Origin: Camelus dromedarius
Taxonomy: Eukaryota
DNA: 64,000 nt
Reading direction: 5' to 3'
NCBI RefSeq assembly: GCF_036321535.1
Contig: NC_087437.1
Location: 47,246,001 to 47,310,000 of the forward strand
Every line of letters starts with the position of its first letter. Position 1 is the stretch's first letter. A program made the translations under genes and the position numbers. Shown here in pieces: positions 41,770 to 55,810 of the stretch. The notes beneath the pieces are model-generated. The model was given only the letters and a program-made list of their open reading frames with translations. It did no database searches and was not told the DNA's origin.

Positions 41770-42500
41770 ATGCAGCTATAAAGATGAATTAATTTTTTTA
41801 AGTTCAAGAATCTTTCCATCTATTATGGAAAAGGCATATTTACCACCCTTCAACATAAAACAAATTAAGTGCCGGAGAAGAACTATAAACACAGAGCAGT
41901 TAGAAATGGCAATAAATTCTAGTTTGGGGTAGCCAGGAAATGACACTTGAGCCTGCCTTAAATAAGATCAAATATTTTAACCAGTGGAGAAGGAAAGGAA
42001 ATTTTTCCAAGAAGGCAGGCCATGTGTCCTGGGGACATGGGAGCATATGATCCATTTCAGAAATAACAAGTAGCCCAGTGTGGCTACAGCGTCTGGAATT
42101 AGTATGGAAGTATGTTGGGAGATGATATCCAAGGAGCAGGTTGGGGCCCAATTGGGGAATGCATTGACCACCATGCTAAGAAGTTTATGGTCTATCTTGG
42201 AGGCAATTTGATGTCACTTTAATGGCTTTCAACAGGAAGGAATATTATCAGATGTGCATTTTCATTAAGTGTAAGTTAGAGAATGGAAAACCAGAGGAAA
42301 GACAAGAAAATACAGATCATATCCTGGGATGACAGTTAGGAACCTATTACACTGGTGTAATGTCAGATACTGAAGTCAATGGCAGTCTGAGTACAGGGGA
42401 GGGGATATATTTGAGAAGCCCTTAATGGGCAAGATTTAACCACAAAGTGAAGGAGAAGAGTAACTGAAGACAAGGCTATGTTGTCTAGCTTAGGTACTAG
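41770..42500 (-). mobile_element. L2 fragment
   Basis: Degraded L2 3' region motifs (ccagtgtggctacagc, ccatgctaagaagttt). Confidence 0.6.
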
Positions 42501-42924
42501 ACAGAGTAAACTGAGAGTAAAGATAAGGTCAATAAAGAATCAGTCTGGGGTACAAAAGGTAACTCATACATGTCTTTTGGGGAAGAGAACACTGTGGACT
42601 GAGCCAGCAATCACAAGCCACCCAAAATTGGCCCAAATGCCGTGGCCCTACGAGTGAGGGCAAGAAATCAGGGATTTTTTTTTCTAGTTCTCCTACAGCT
42701 TAACTTGTATTTTAGACTAGTTTAATCAACTGTTTGTTACTGAACCACAACATCAAAAGTAGAATGTTGAGATTTCTTTCCCCCAAAATACTACAGAGTG
42801 TTGATTGTAATCCTGTAGTAATTTTATGCCTGTAGCAAAAATACTATTATGACTTAAACTTCTAAAGTGCCTTACACTTCTAAAACATCTAGCACTCATC
42901 ACGCATTCATTCAACAGCCCACCA

Positions 42925-43160
42925 TGGGAAGTAACCATGAGGACTAAGAGTGTGTGCACTAGAGTCAGGCTGTCTTGTGAGGCTCTGCCACCCAGTCACC
43001 GTGTGACCTTAAGCAGGTTACTTAACTCCTCTGTGTCGTTTTTCTCTTCTCATCTATAAAATGTGTGTAGGAGTAATGTTGTGATGGTGACTGAATGAGT
43101 TAATTCACATAAAGCGTTTAGAATAATGCCTGGCACTAGTAAGTGTTCGATATGCTGTCA
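42925..43160 (+). mobile_element. MIR
   Basis: gtgtgaccttaagcaggttacttaactcctctgtg...aaagcgtttagaataatgcctggcac. Confidence 0.8.
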
Positions 43161-45761
43161 TGACTTTCCAAAGGGCATGCTAATGAGTGCTGTGAGTAGG
43201 CAAGGAGTTTTTAAAGGCAGAGATTCCCTTATGAAGGAGTCTAGAAGCTGTGGGGAGAGAATCAGATGGAATATAGGGAATTTGCATTTTTTTAAAGTAA
43301 GCCCTTAAGAACTCAGTTATTTATCTTTGAACCTGATTCTACTACTCCACACTCATAACCACTGAAGTACTTGCAATAGTACCTGGAACAAAGTGGATAC
43401 ATCTCATACTCACTAATGAATTTATTATGTGTCCAAAGAGGGATGCTAATAAATGCCAGTAGAATTCAAAAAGAATGATTATTCTTTGATGACCACAAAG
43501 GAGGTGGCATTTGTGCTGTGCTCAGATGAATGAGATTTGATGCTGTGTCACGTGTCCCCACAGCAGTCAGGGGGTATAGGTAGAATGCATTCTTTACAAA
43601 GCATGAAGGTGAAGTGACTTGCCCAAGGTCATACCATCATGAAGCAATATTGCTGGGTTAGAAATGGAGTGCACTCAGCTTCCTGGCCAGGTCCATCTGT
43701 TTGGGCCTGCATAGACCCCCGCAGCTACAGGAACAGACTGTTTAGGGAGTTTAGCCCTCATTCTGCATTATGGGCTATAATCAGACTGACTAGAGTTCCT
43801 CTCCCCTGGCCTCTGAATAAATGGCCATTGCGTGCCCAGTGTTGGGACATCTACTTTGCAGCCATCACTGGTGATGAAATTAATGCCCAGCGCAGAGCAG
43901 ATGGACCATTTCCCCATCCTGGCTGGCATACATTAGGCTTCCTCTGCTTCCCAGAGATACTAACACCAACAGCAGGGAAGGGAAGCATGACCAATAGCTC
44001 AGAGAGCACTTCTGCTGCAAGTGCAAGCAATGTTAGCAACTCCTCCAACAGAGAGGCAGCAACAGGAGACATGCCTGGGTGCCTGCAAAGCAGCGGCACC
44101 CAGTAAATGCTCCATGAAAGAACCTGACATTTAGGGGGAAAAATGGCTTCAAAATAGTCATTATGATAAATACCATATTGTGGAAATTCCTCACACTTAT
44201 TTTACTATTTAGCATCATTTTTCTTTTCCATTACATAAAGGGGGTAAGAAACACCATCACCTTTTCAGGTTTGGACCCTCTAAAAGTTATACTATTTGAA
44301 TTTTTGTTTAAAACTTAATGTGGAATCGGAAGATGCATATTAATATCTTAAAAATATTTTGTCTTTTGGTTGAGGTCATTTTAATAACAAAACATCAAAA
44401 AATCTTTACCCCCAGTTGGATTAAGGCCACCTTTTTATATCAAGTAAGCAAAACAAAATGTCAGTGTTGTTTCTGTGTTATTTTGTTTTGCCCAAACTAT
44501 TTCAAAAATTAATTAATTTATATCTACAATATAACCTTCTTCCAAATTTTATCCAACACTGTTGTTAAAGTTAGAGGACTCCTCAAAATTAGCCTCATGA
44601 CTAAAGTATCGTATTTCAGAATTTTAACTGCAGTTGATTCTGGGTGGTAATTTTTCTTTCTTCTTCTGTTTTTCTCTGTACCTACCAGTAATTGCTAAAG
44701 TTTCTTTTATAAAAAGGAAATAAATTTAAGGAAAAGAGAGAAAGCTACTGGAAGAAGAGTACAGAAACTAAGCAAGAATGGGTATAGGGAGATAAGGCTT
44801 TGAAACTGGCTATAGGGCTATGCTGATTTAAATAACAAACATAATCTAAATAAAATGTTTATAATCCAAACACTTTCTTAGAGACATGTAACAAGTAGGA
44901 AATAATATGCAAATATTGGCCATCAAACTAAAGGTTCTTTATAGGAAAGATACTAAGGGTTTTTTTTTTTTTAACTGCTTATATCATTTTCTGATCAGGA
45001 TATCATCTAATAACTTGACTCACTAATTAGGATGTGCACCAGTTGAAATTCTGAGTGTTAGAACCTTGGCTTTAAGAGGTTGAGTGATTTCTTTAATCCC
45101 TTGAATTCAGTGAAAATGGGAAGGTCTGAGACCTTCAAGGTAGTATACCTTTAATTACTCAGATACTTAAGCCCTGGGTCTGTATTAACTCTAAGTCTGA
45201 ATAAGCCTTAACTTACTTTTAAAGAAAACTTTGAAGCCTGGGCAAAGAAGCTAGAAATGAATCATGGTGAGTGATACTCCTGAGTGATGCTCTTTGATTC
45301 CCATTCCTTGCTTCTCTATCAGTGTTTTAAGAGCATTTTCTGTCGTGCTGGAGTACTATTGCGCATTATGCTCAGGCCATTATCTAGAATAAGCAATAGA
45401 AGTCAAATATTATATTTTTTAAAACAGAGAAGAAATAAAAATTTATTCATCCTATGCAATGCCATTTCCCCTATAAATCTTCCTTATTTGTAACAGATAT
45501 TATTTGCCTGAGTCAACATTTCCTTACAGACTATCAATATCCTACTAGTTCTAGTTTTGATTCTGCAAAACAAGATGGCTCTTCACGTGGGAAAGAGAGC
45601 TGTTTCAGAGCAAATATAGTCAATATAGCTTAACATTTTACCTTTTAGTACCCAATACAGACCACCTGTGTCACTCATCTGCTAAAGCAATCCAGCTCAT
45701 CTGTGAAAAGTAGGGTGTGTTACACTAGCATAGCACAATGGACAGTTTCACATCCCTTATG

Positions 45762-48240
45762 TTTATGCATTCATTCAACAAGTATTCTTATGAGAGCTTA
45801 CTAGGTGTGGAAAATGTACCAAGCACTGAAGAAAAGCTGTAAAAAACATAAGTAAGATTCATAATGTCAGGTATTGATCCTCTGTTTGAGAGAGAGGCAC
45901 AGTAAACAAACACATAGACAAAGGAATTTCAGTTGTGAAAAGTACTAGAAAGAAAAAAAAATTGGGGGGCTTGGGTATCAAACCATTTTATTGAGGAGAT
46001 TCAGGGGAGGGTTGAAGGGCTGGGAGGACAATTAGATCTGACATCCTCATCCGGCAGGGATCTCTCTAGCTTCACACTCGCTGAAAGGAGAAAGAAAAAA
46101 TTTTAATGGTAGAAAGCAATTGGGGAAAAGAGGAAAAGCAAGTGGGCCTCTTAGAAAGAGTGGTGATTCAAAGCTCCCTGGGATGTGATATTCAGCTGAG
46201 CATAAAAAGGTGAGAAAGATCAACAAGCCAAGAGCTGAGAGTGGAGCAATCCAGGGAACGAGAGTAGTATGTGCAAAGGCCCCGAGAAGACTTGGCAAGT
46301 CCAGTGTGGCTGGATAGAGAAAAGTAGGATATAATAATGTTAGAGAGACCACACAGGGCCTATAGAGAGTCCCTCCTGTAGCAACCTACAATGAAAAAGA
46401 ACATGAATGCAAATATATGTATGCATATGTATGACTGAAATATTATGCTGTACACCAGAAACTGACACAATATAGTAAATTGACTATACTTCAATAAAAA
46501 AATTCAAATTTCAAGAGCAATGGAAATCTGTTAGCAGATTTAAGGCAAGGAAAGGCTAGTCTAATTCTCCATTTTAAAATATCTCTCTAAGTGCTGTAAG
46601 GTACAGATGGTAAGGGGAAAATCAAGGAAGCAGAGACACCAGCAATGAGGCCATTACTGAGGGCCAAATGAGAAAAATGTTGATAGTTTAAGCCAGGGTT
46701 GTAGAAGTAGTAACAAAGAGAAGAGGACTGGTTAGAGAGAGGTATTGGAGATAGAAACAATAGAATATGGAGATTGTCTGGATGCGGAAAAAGTATGGTG
46801 AAGTAGAGAAAGGAATCAGAAGTTATTCTTAAATTTTCAGCTTGAAAAACTAGAGTCTGGAGTTTGAGAGAGAAGTCTAGAGATAAAAATTTAGGAATCA
46901 CTTAACTATAGGTGGTATTTAAAGCCATAGAACTTGACGACATTATCTAGGAAGCATAGACAAAACCCATTTCAACATTTGGAAAACAAGTAGAGACTGA
47001 AGAGCCACCTAAGAAAACTGAGAAGAAACAATTAGAGAGATGGAAGAAAAACCAGAAGTGTGGTGTTCAGAATTCAAAAAAGGAGAGCTGTTCAGGAGAC
47101 AAGTGGTCAACTACATTGAATGCTGGTAAGAGTTCAGGTGAATTTAGAATAAAGGCCTATACATTGGATTTGGCATTGTAGAAATTAGCATAGCACAATG
47201 GACAAGCAGTTTCACATCCCTTATGGAGATTAGCATCCAAGTGGAGTATAGGAAGACTGAAGGGGAAATGAAGAAGAGAAGACAGTAGATCTATTTGACT
47301 CCTTTGAAAAGTTTTGCTATGAAGATGAGCAGAAAAATAAAGAAGTAACTAATGGGAGATGCAGGATCAAGAAAACATTTTTTGGTTTGTTGTTTTTTTT
47401 TTTTTATGGAGGATTCTAGAATCCTGCTAATTGCATTGATCAAGTAAGAGGAAGAGAGGAGACTGAATAACTGAAGGAGAGAAATCATTTCCAAGATAGG
47501 AGAGAAAAGGACCCTGAGTGACAATAAAGGGTAAGATCTTGGATAGGAGCAGGGCAAGTGTCCCACAAGGAAAAACAGAAGTGAAAACAGATGCCAGCAA
47601 GTGTATAGATCTGTGGTGGAAAAGGCAAGATCATCAGTTAGGAAACTAGACACTGTGGGATGTTTGTTTGACAAGAGAAGTGAAGCTCTGAATTAATTGT
47701 TTCAAAGAGAAACAAGCTGAATGCACTAGGGATCTGTAAGTGGTGGTTGAATGCCATTTGAAATTTAGTCATTATTTAATGTAAAACCACTGTATCAGGC
47801 TTTGTGATTTTCTTCAGAAAAGTTTGGTTGTCACTGTACAGGAACAGAAAAGATGGATAGCTGTTTTCACCCAATGCTGGAGTTTAGTCTGACAAATACA
47901 ATGAATGGACAGTGAGGCAAAGGAGTTATGGAATCCTACAAGGGGGAGATACAGTGAAAGACCATGAAATCAACTTAGGTAATTACAGAGGTAAATAAAG
48001 GGAAGAGGTAAGAGGTTTACAGATAATGAAAAAAGACAGAGTGGTTGGGTAGGGGACTCATTAAGATCAAAAATTTATTGGGGAGAATCTTGGAATAAAT
48101 AAGCTTCAAAACATATAGACCAGGGAGTAGGATGCTCAAAATCAAGATTTCTGAGATGATGCAGTTACTGGTGATGATAAAATTTAGGGTGTGATCATGA
48201 CAGTCAGTGGCTGAGGTGGAGAGGAAGACTAGATCATACC
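45762..48240 (-). mobile_element. Long L2 fragment (~2.4 kb)
   Basis: cattcattcaacaagtatt tail followed by continuous purine-rich antisense L2 sequence. Confidence 0.75.
46370..46505 (+). mobile_element. Very short young-L1 3' end inserted in L2
   Basis: gtatgactgaaatattatgctgtacaccagaaactgacacaa...tgactatacttcaataaaaa matches the L1 end at ~37820-37940. Confidence 0.85.
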
Positions 48241-50819
48241 TTTTGATTCTCAGCCATTTTTTGTAAGGGAATCAAGCCAAAAACCATACCGTGGAATGGT
48301 AGAACAAATCTCTTTGGAAGTAGGACACTGTGTGTCATGTTACACTTCTGCCATTTTCTAGCAGCATGACTTGGAAAACCCCTTAGTACCTCAGTTTTAT
48401 CATCTGAAAAAAATGAAACTAATAGTAACTAAGTCAACACTCACAAGGTATTGTCACTTTTAAATAGAGTGACAGATATGAAACTTATTTTAAACTAGGA
48501 GACCATTATAAGATGCAAATCATAATTAGGATTATTTTACAGGTAAGGAAACCAAGGCTCAAGAAAACTAAATGATCAAGGTTAGACAGTGAATGAAGAA
48601 TTAACTTCCCATTATATGATTCACATTCCAGTGCTCTTTCATCACACCACTTACCATTTTGCCAATCAAACACAAAATCTCCCATTTGTTAGAAACAAAT
48701 GATTTTGCATATTTGGATCTTTGTGCAAATAAACTCACTGAATTACAAACTGATTTTTCATGAATTGCCACCCAAAAAGCAGACATCCTTAATACATGAC
48801 CATTACAACATATTACCTCCTAGAGTCAAGGGACAAGGATCAGAGCAACTATCTTGAGTATTAATGCCCAACACAGATCATCATGAGACTAGTATGAATG
48901 CAAGAGCAATCCACGTTACCAATGATGGGAGTTCTTCTGAGTTTGCATAACCCAGAATGATATGCATATATTGAAACTAAACTTTAACAACAAACAAACA
49001 AAGAATAAAATCTCTCTCCTGGCCCACACCATTGTATTAGCCACAGGATAAAATGGAAGTAGAAGCAAAGGGTGTTTAAACTGTCATTTAACTCAGATAA
49101 CTGAACCAGTGTAAGTTAGCTGTAATACTTCGTGTGACCCTATGAAAATCAATCAACGAGAACAATAAACTAAATTTAGAACAGCAAGAAAAAGAAATAG
49201 TAAATTTATTGCCCCTCCTTCACGTCTGGAATGAATAATGAAGTCCAGGAATCCTGAGTAAATTACAGTGTACGTACATTCAACTAAAATTGTTCTTGAC
49301 TGCTTACAAATTATACTTTGTTCATCAGGTAATGGTGGCTTTGCCTTCTCGTGAAGTAGTCCCCAAAGAAACAATCATCCCAGAGTGTGAGACTGGGTGT
49401 TGACCCCTGGAGTCCACTCTTTTTTTCCTAAAGGGCACTGTTGTGGCTACTACAGCCCCTCAGGAGCGTTGAGCACTGTATGCTAGAAAAGGATGCCTGC
49501 CATCTGCCAACTACTCTCGTCCCCTCTTTACGAGACGGGCTGAGAGGCGACTTGTTATAGTCTTGCTCATTTTCTGTTTTGTAAAATAAAACTGCCTCCC
49601 ATTTCTTGCTGACTTTTCACATTCTACCTTTTTTAATTTTTTCTAAAGAGAGCAAGAGATGTGATTAGAAAAGGACATTTACTTTAGTAAACAGGGGTCT
49701 GCTCGCCTCCTGCACAACCTGTCACCAATCCTCCTCCCACAGCCCCAACCTACTTCCTCTTCACAGATGCCAGAGTCAGGCTTCTAGAGCAGCACTGCTA
49801 GAATCTGCTTGGTTGTGTGTCTGTGCGTGTGTACGTGTGTGTTTGGAGGCCCAAGGCTGAAATTGGATCCTTCCTGATTTTGTACTAGGCAATGACTTAT
49901 TAATCACTCGTCTGTTCCCTAGTCCCCAGAGAAATCCCCTCAAAAACTGCTCTCCTACACCTTCTCTCTGTTCATCAAACCCTCAGTCCCACCTCTGCTC
50001 TCCTCATGTTTAAGTGCCCTTTCTCCTACTTCTACTGAGAAGATGGCAATTCTAAGACAAATTTTCCTTATCTTTCCTACACAAATATTCTATTCTATAC
50101 TCTACCTTCTTCTGTCCCCTTCTCTCTCCTTCTTTCTCTCTTCTCCAATACACCATCCCTGCAATACACCTCATGCTTTTCTTCCTTTCTGCATCCATCT
50201 CTGTGCACCTCTACTCCTCTCTGCCTCTCCAAATATTACTGAAACATAGATTCATCTCAAATCCCATCTCCCATATAAAATTTTCCCTCAGCTTTCCAGA
50301 AAAAAAGAGACATCTCCCTCTTCCAGATTCCTATGAAAAATACTTTTTATGAAAACGATTTGGCAATTAATTTAACTATCTTGTGACAACTGCACTCTTA
50401 TCTTGGATTGTCATTTTATTTTCATATTTTGTTATTTTACTTTCATATTTTGTTACTTCAGCAATGTCTTTCCATGTGTTGCAAAAAAACAAACAAACAA
50501 AAACAAGCCAAACTCTTAAAAAGTAATTCTTCATGTAAAACTCTTGAAGAGATGCTAAAGGTGGGAACTTACTGTACAAGGAGCCAGTGCCTCAAAGATC
50601 CTCTTCATCCATCTACAACCCTTGTGTGAATAGGACCAGGGATTAGGTTTGGTTTTCAGATTTAGGATCAGAGACCACAACTAGAACCACTGTTCCCCAT
50701 CCACCTTCTCTCTCTCTCCTCACCCACAAAATCTCAGTTAAGACCAAAATGGTATCTACAATCCAATGCCTAGGTTGTATGTGGGTTTGTGCCTCTTTAG
50801 CCCTGAGATGATGCACCCC

Positions 50820-50821
<2 letters not shown>

Positions 50822-50857
<36 letters not shown>
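50822..50857. repeat. (AC)18 microsatellite
   Basis: Perfect dinucleotide run. Confidence 0.98.
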
Positions 50858-50859
<2 letters not shown>

Positions 50860-51539
50860 CATATGGGGCCAATCCATCAGGCAGGGCTTTTGTCCAAACA
50901 CTTTTTCCTTTGATCTGATCATTGGCCTAACCATGGGCTGCAGTGTCTGCATTCAATTTGGCTGATGCCCAGTCTAGCTTTTGCCAAGTCTCTTTTCCCA
51001 GGGAGGATATCCTCTCCCATTATCCACTGCATTGGGATAGAAATCTAAGTACAGACTGATTCCCCCAGAACAATTTATACAGAGATTCTTTCAGCAACTC
51101 TTTATTGAGCACCTACTCTGTCCTGAAACTCAAACCTTGATGCCTGGGCCATCTGCTTCCCTGCTACAGTTTCCCCCAATCCCTGTGCTGCCTTGGTTAA
51201 TGAGTTTCTGCCTGATTCTGCTTCCTGTCCTTCTCCACCAACTCCACAGACTAAGATCCTCACATACATCCCAGCCCAGGACACTTGACACCATTTTTTC
51301 CATCTTGCAAATTTCAGCACCCTTAAGGATTTTTAAAGCCATAAAATCTTCAGAGCAGTTTGAATCCTACATACTGCACTCTGAACAGTTACCTCAAATC
51401 AAAGAAGTACTACTATATAAATCGTTTGAAAAAAAGCATATTCACCATATTCAGGGTTTTTTATTTTCTTTTCTGTAATATACATTATTGAAAGTAAAAC
51501 TCGACAGAATTTTCTTGGCTGGCAAGGTCTTTTTGGTTC

Positions 51540-52400
51540 CTGGACCCAATTTACACATGGGGGAGGGGTGGGGGGTTCCCACACAACACCAAGCAATTCT
51601 TGGATACCAGTAAAGCGTCCTACAATTCAACTCAATTCTGACACTATTGACCCAAGGATACCATCAGATTCCACAGGTTAAGAATTCAGTCCTACAAGAC
51701 TGTCCCCCACCTTCAGAGGCCACTAGTGAGCCTAGGCTATTACCTGCGCTTCTGACAGACCAGCTACTGGATGGAGGTTCCAGTGATCCCCTCTTTGGCA
51801 ACTCAATCCAGATTCCAATTGCAAACTCAGGCTATCACCTGTACTTCTGTCCAACTGGCTATAAATCAGAGGTTCCCAAGACCCCCGGTGCAGATTCATC
51901 AAAGAAGCATTTTACTTACTAGATCACCAGTTTATTATAAAAGGAGATAACTTAGGAATAGCCAGTTGGAAGAGATACATAGGGCAAAGTATGGGGAAAG
52001 GGTGTGGAGCTTCCATGCCCTCTCCAGGCACACCTCTTTCCCCAGTCTCCATGTGTTCACCAATCTGGAAGTTCTCCAAACTCCATTCTTTTGGGTTTTT
52101 ATGGAGGCTTCATTACATAGGCATGATCGATTAAATCATTGGTCATTGGCAATTGAGCCAACCTCCAGCCCCCCTCTTCTCCCTGAGGTCTGGGGGGTAG
52201 GACTGAAATTTCCAACCCTCTAATCACAAGGTTGGCAACCAGCCCCCATCCTTAGGTACTTTCCAAAAATCACCTCATTAACATAAAAAAGACACTTTCA
52301 CTGCTCTCTCACTTGGGAAATTCCAAGGGATTTACATGCTTGCACCAGAATGGGGATGAAAACCAAGTATCTACTTTGTATTATAAATCACAGTATCACA
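51540..52400 (-). mobile_element. MER21-like solo LTR
   Basis: gtcctacaattcaactcaattctgacacta...ggttaagaattcagtcctacaagactg...ggagcttccatgccctctcc...tataaatcacagtatcaca. Confidence 0.85.
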
Positions 52401-53289
52401 CAAGACTAGTCAGAAACAGAATGAAAAGCACTGTGGGAGACACGGATTTTAAAAGGTCAAGAGGCAGCGCTCTCAGGACACCTGCTTTGCCATTTTACTT
52501 CTATAAAGGAGCCCTGCCCTTACTAGGGGGAGGCAATGAGCATGTACTGCTCAGGCAGCGGGTCTGCATTTCTCCTCACTTATCCCACTGACCTATGTCT
52601 TAATTCCCCTTGCATTAACAAGGAGAATAATAAAAGAGCCCCAGCTCTAGCTCACAGAGCAAGAGAAAAACTAAGGCAGAATCATCAATTCAGTGTTTCT
52701 AATTTTCACCCATTTCTCTTATTTTCCCACGAGCGAAGCCTGAAAGGGAAGGACTCCCAGTGATGTACTAACATTGAACAGCAAAGTGACAGCAATACCC
52801 AAAGTTTCCCAGAAAGGCTATCTAATGTGCAAAGTAAAATAAACCTAACAAATACCACCGATCCCTCCTCCAAGGAAGAAACAGTTTCATGTACACAATC
52901 TGTGAACCTTAAACAGACCTGCAGGATAATGTTGGAAAGTAGCCTGCTGCTTGCAGTGCTAAGACTGCTTCAGTTTCCAAAGGCACCATCCTTAATCAGC
53001 CTTATAAATTTAGCTTTTCACCCCTGGTATGTATGGCCTTGAATTTGCCTTGAATTCATTGGAACCATTTGATTTTTTGACCATTATTTTCCCATTGCAT
53101 TTATTTTCCCATAAATGCATTTTTAGGTTCACTAACAGTAGGGAAAGCTTTCACTGCTTAGTGGAAGTACTTTTTATCATGTCCTGTGTTTGTCCCTGCA
53201 TGACCAGTTCTTATACCAGTGAAAGTGGAAAAGACCCCTGCTGGGGTCAGATAGAAATGGGGTCTGACCCAGATGAAGACCCTTAAAGA

Positions 53290-53790
53290 TGTGCAGCTTG
53301 TGCAAAGCATGAGATCCAGTATGTAGTGAAAATAATAACTATGGAGAGAGACAACAAATCCAAACAGTGGGATACCCCCAAACATGAACAGAGCATGTGA
53401 ATTACAAATCCACAGTTAGCAATGATACACAGAAGTCCAGGCAGGAAGTACACAAACATCTGATTTGGTAAAAATGTTGATTCTCCTCAAATTCACCTAA
53501 AAATTCAGAGAAATTCCAATCAAAGTCCTAAGGTCTTTTAAAACAGTAATTTGGCAAGCTGTTTCTAAAGCTTATCTGGAAGAATAAATACTAAAGAATA
53601 GCCAAGAAATTTTTAATGGAAAAAAAATGATGCACTAGTCCTCTCATATACTAAAATATATCATAAAGCTAGTTATCAAAACTTTATTGATGCTAGAATA
53701 AGAAAATTATATAAATGGACCAGAGTATAATTTAGAAACAGATCCATGTATTATATAGGAATTTAGTCTCTGATAAAGTTAGCCTTTAAC
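53290..53790 (+). mobile_element. Ancient L1M ORF2 fragment
   Basis: ttctcctcaaattcacctaaaaattcag...ccaatcaaagtcc...agaatagccaaga resembles degraded ORF2 3' half. Confidence 0.65.
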
Positions 53791-53819
53791 AGAAAAACAT
53801 CTTGTCTGTAACTCAGCCA

Positions 53820-54017
53820 GTGGGTTACACAATTAATTGTCCAAATCGGGACAATTTGAGAGTGAAAGGAAGTACCAATAAACAACAGCAAAAATTGGAC
53901 TGCGCCGTGCCAATCCAGACAGTTAAAGATAGGACTGTCCCTGCATAGTTATTAATAATTCCCCATTCACTCTCAGAGGTGTTCCAATTCAGGCAACAAG
54001 TCCTATGGTTACTCTAG
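53820..54017. mobile_element. Two MER94-like pieces in inverted orientation
   Basis: ttgtccaaatcgggacaatttgagagtgaaagg on +; ttcactctcagaggtgttccaatt...tatggttactcta is the reverse complement of the same 5' end. Confidence 0.65.
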
Positions 54018-54909
54018 TTATAGGGTCCTGGTCACCAGGAAGGTATTCAAGAATCAAGCTCCAGGTTGAGAGAGGTTGTGATAAGAAGAAGGCAGGTACT
54101 CAGTTCTCACACAGGAACAAAAGACAATACTTAGGTTACATCTATAGGAATTGGGGGATAGCAATTAAGGCAGAAATCTAGTTTTAATGTCTTAGAAATT
54201 CAAGAGACAGAGCATCAGTGGCACTTAAGCATCAAAGTTCTGATCAGGAGAGGCTGCCTCAAGTCAGGAGCGGCCAGAAGGTGGACTAAGGGAGGCATTA
54301 TGCAGAGGCCAGGAACCAGACAGAGCCTACCACAGTTTTTACTTCATTACTTTTATATACTTTATAAATATCCCAAAATTTTAGTGAAATTTGTGAGACA
54401 GATTGATCATTATTTTTACCAACATTAAAAAAACAAACCACTGTAAAATTGTTCTCAGCATAAAAGATCCAGAGGTTAAAATAAGATAAAATATGTGAAG
54501 GTGTTACAGAGAGCAGTAGTGGCCATACATGTGTTATTATTACTGAAATTTACATACAATTTTTATTGCTGGACTCATTATATGCATTATGTTATTTAAC
54601 CATAACCACCACTCCAAGTAGGTTTTGCTAGCTTCCAGAAAACATACCCCACCACTGCTAATTGGCAGAGTCAGAATCCAGGTCTGTTTGGCTCTTAGCC
54701 TTTATGTGTTGTTGGTACCAAGATTACTCTTCAGGTAGATGAATAAAGATGCCTAAAAGCACAGGGTAAGTGCAACTGACACTTACTCTTGGGAAAAACA
54801 ATTACACAAAGATCTAGTCAGAGATTTTAAGAGCAGAAATACTCATGAAATTATAATTATCTGTTTGCTTGATAATTTATGTGTTTACTTGATAACAGCA
54901 AAATTGCAG

Positions 54910-55810
54910 ATTAATCTTAGACTCATCCTTTCCTCCTCTTGTTGTCACACACTATACAATAAACTCTCAGTCATTCCTGTCAGCTCTACCCTCAAAATAT
55001 ATTCAGCACTGCCACTGCTACCGTACTGCTCCACAAGTCGATCATCTCGTCTTGACTGTTTCTACAACCTCAAAACAGGACTCCCTGCTTCAACCCTTGC
55101 CCTCTGCAGTCTGTTCTCAACACAGCAGGCAGAGCAATTCCAGTAAAATCTACATTAATCATGTCTCTCCGATGCTCAAAGTCCTGCAATGACTCCCCTT
55201 GTCACTCAAAGCAAAGCCAAGTCCTGCCCACTGATTACTGGCCCCTTCATGATCTGCTGCCTCCTAGCTCACTAACTCACCTCCAGCCACGTCCCCCTAA
55301 CTCACTTTGCCATGTGAACATTTGCCTCCTTGCTGTTCCTCAAAAACAGTAGTACAGGATCAGCTCGGCATGCTTCTGCTTGACATCCTCCTGCCTGGAA
55401 TGTGAAATCTCTTACCTCTTACCACTGGCTAAATCCTTTACCATTTCAAGTCTTCATCAAATGTCAGTTTTTCAGCGAGGCTGCCTTGACTGCTGTACAT
55501 AAGTTATCATCCTCCTCCTCCCACAGCATCACCCACCTTATCCTGTGGAACATTCTCCCGGGCACTTATCATCAACTGACATGATATACATATAATCTTA
55601 TTTATCTTATCTCTTTGTCTCCACTTGAATGTACTAGGTTGAACCATGTGAAATTACCATTTGCATAGGTCAAAAATGATCAAATATCTATGATTTCATC
55701 TGGTTTAATTTAGTATCTCTGTAAGGCTCTGTTTCATTCTCTGCTAAATTTTCTTATGCAGATAACAATGACTTGTATGTAATAGGTGCTTAATAAATAT
55801 TTGTCCAAAA
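54910..55810 (+). mobile_element. L2 fragment
   Basis: ctccctgcttc...ctgttctcaacacagcag...cctctgcctggaatg...gtaataggtgcttaataaatatttgt tail. Confidence 0.8.
55634..55713. mobile_element. MADE2-like mariner MITE (80 bp, palindromic)
   Basis: ctaggttgaaccatgtgaaat ... atttcatctggtttaatttag inverted termini, flanked by TA (55632-33 and 55714-15). Confidence 0.85.

Noticed and set aside
43639..44106. 155-aa ORF with Ser-rich C-terminus and possible splice acceptors on both strands
   Set aside because: No recognisable homology and no convincing exon boundaries; possibly an old LTR remnant.
48649..48790. Minus-strand exon ending in a strong ATG|GTAAGT donor
   Set aside because: No adequate acceptor or pyrimidine tract, and the peptide is unrecognised.
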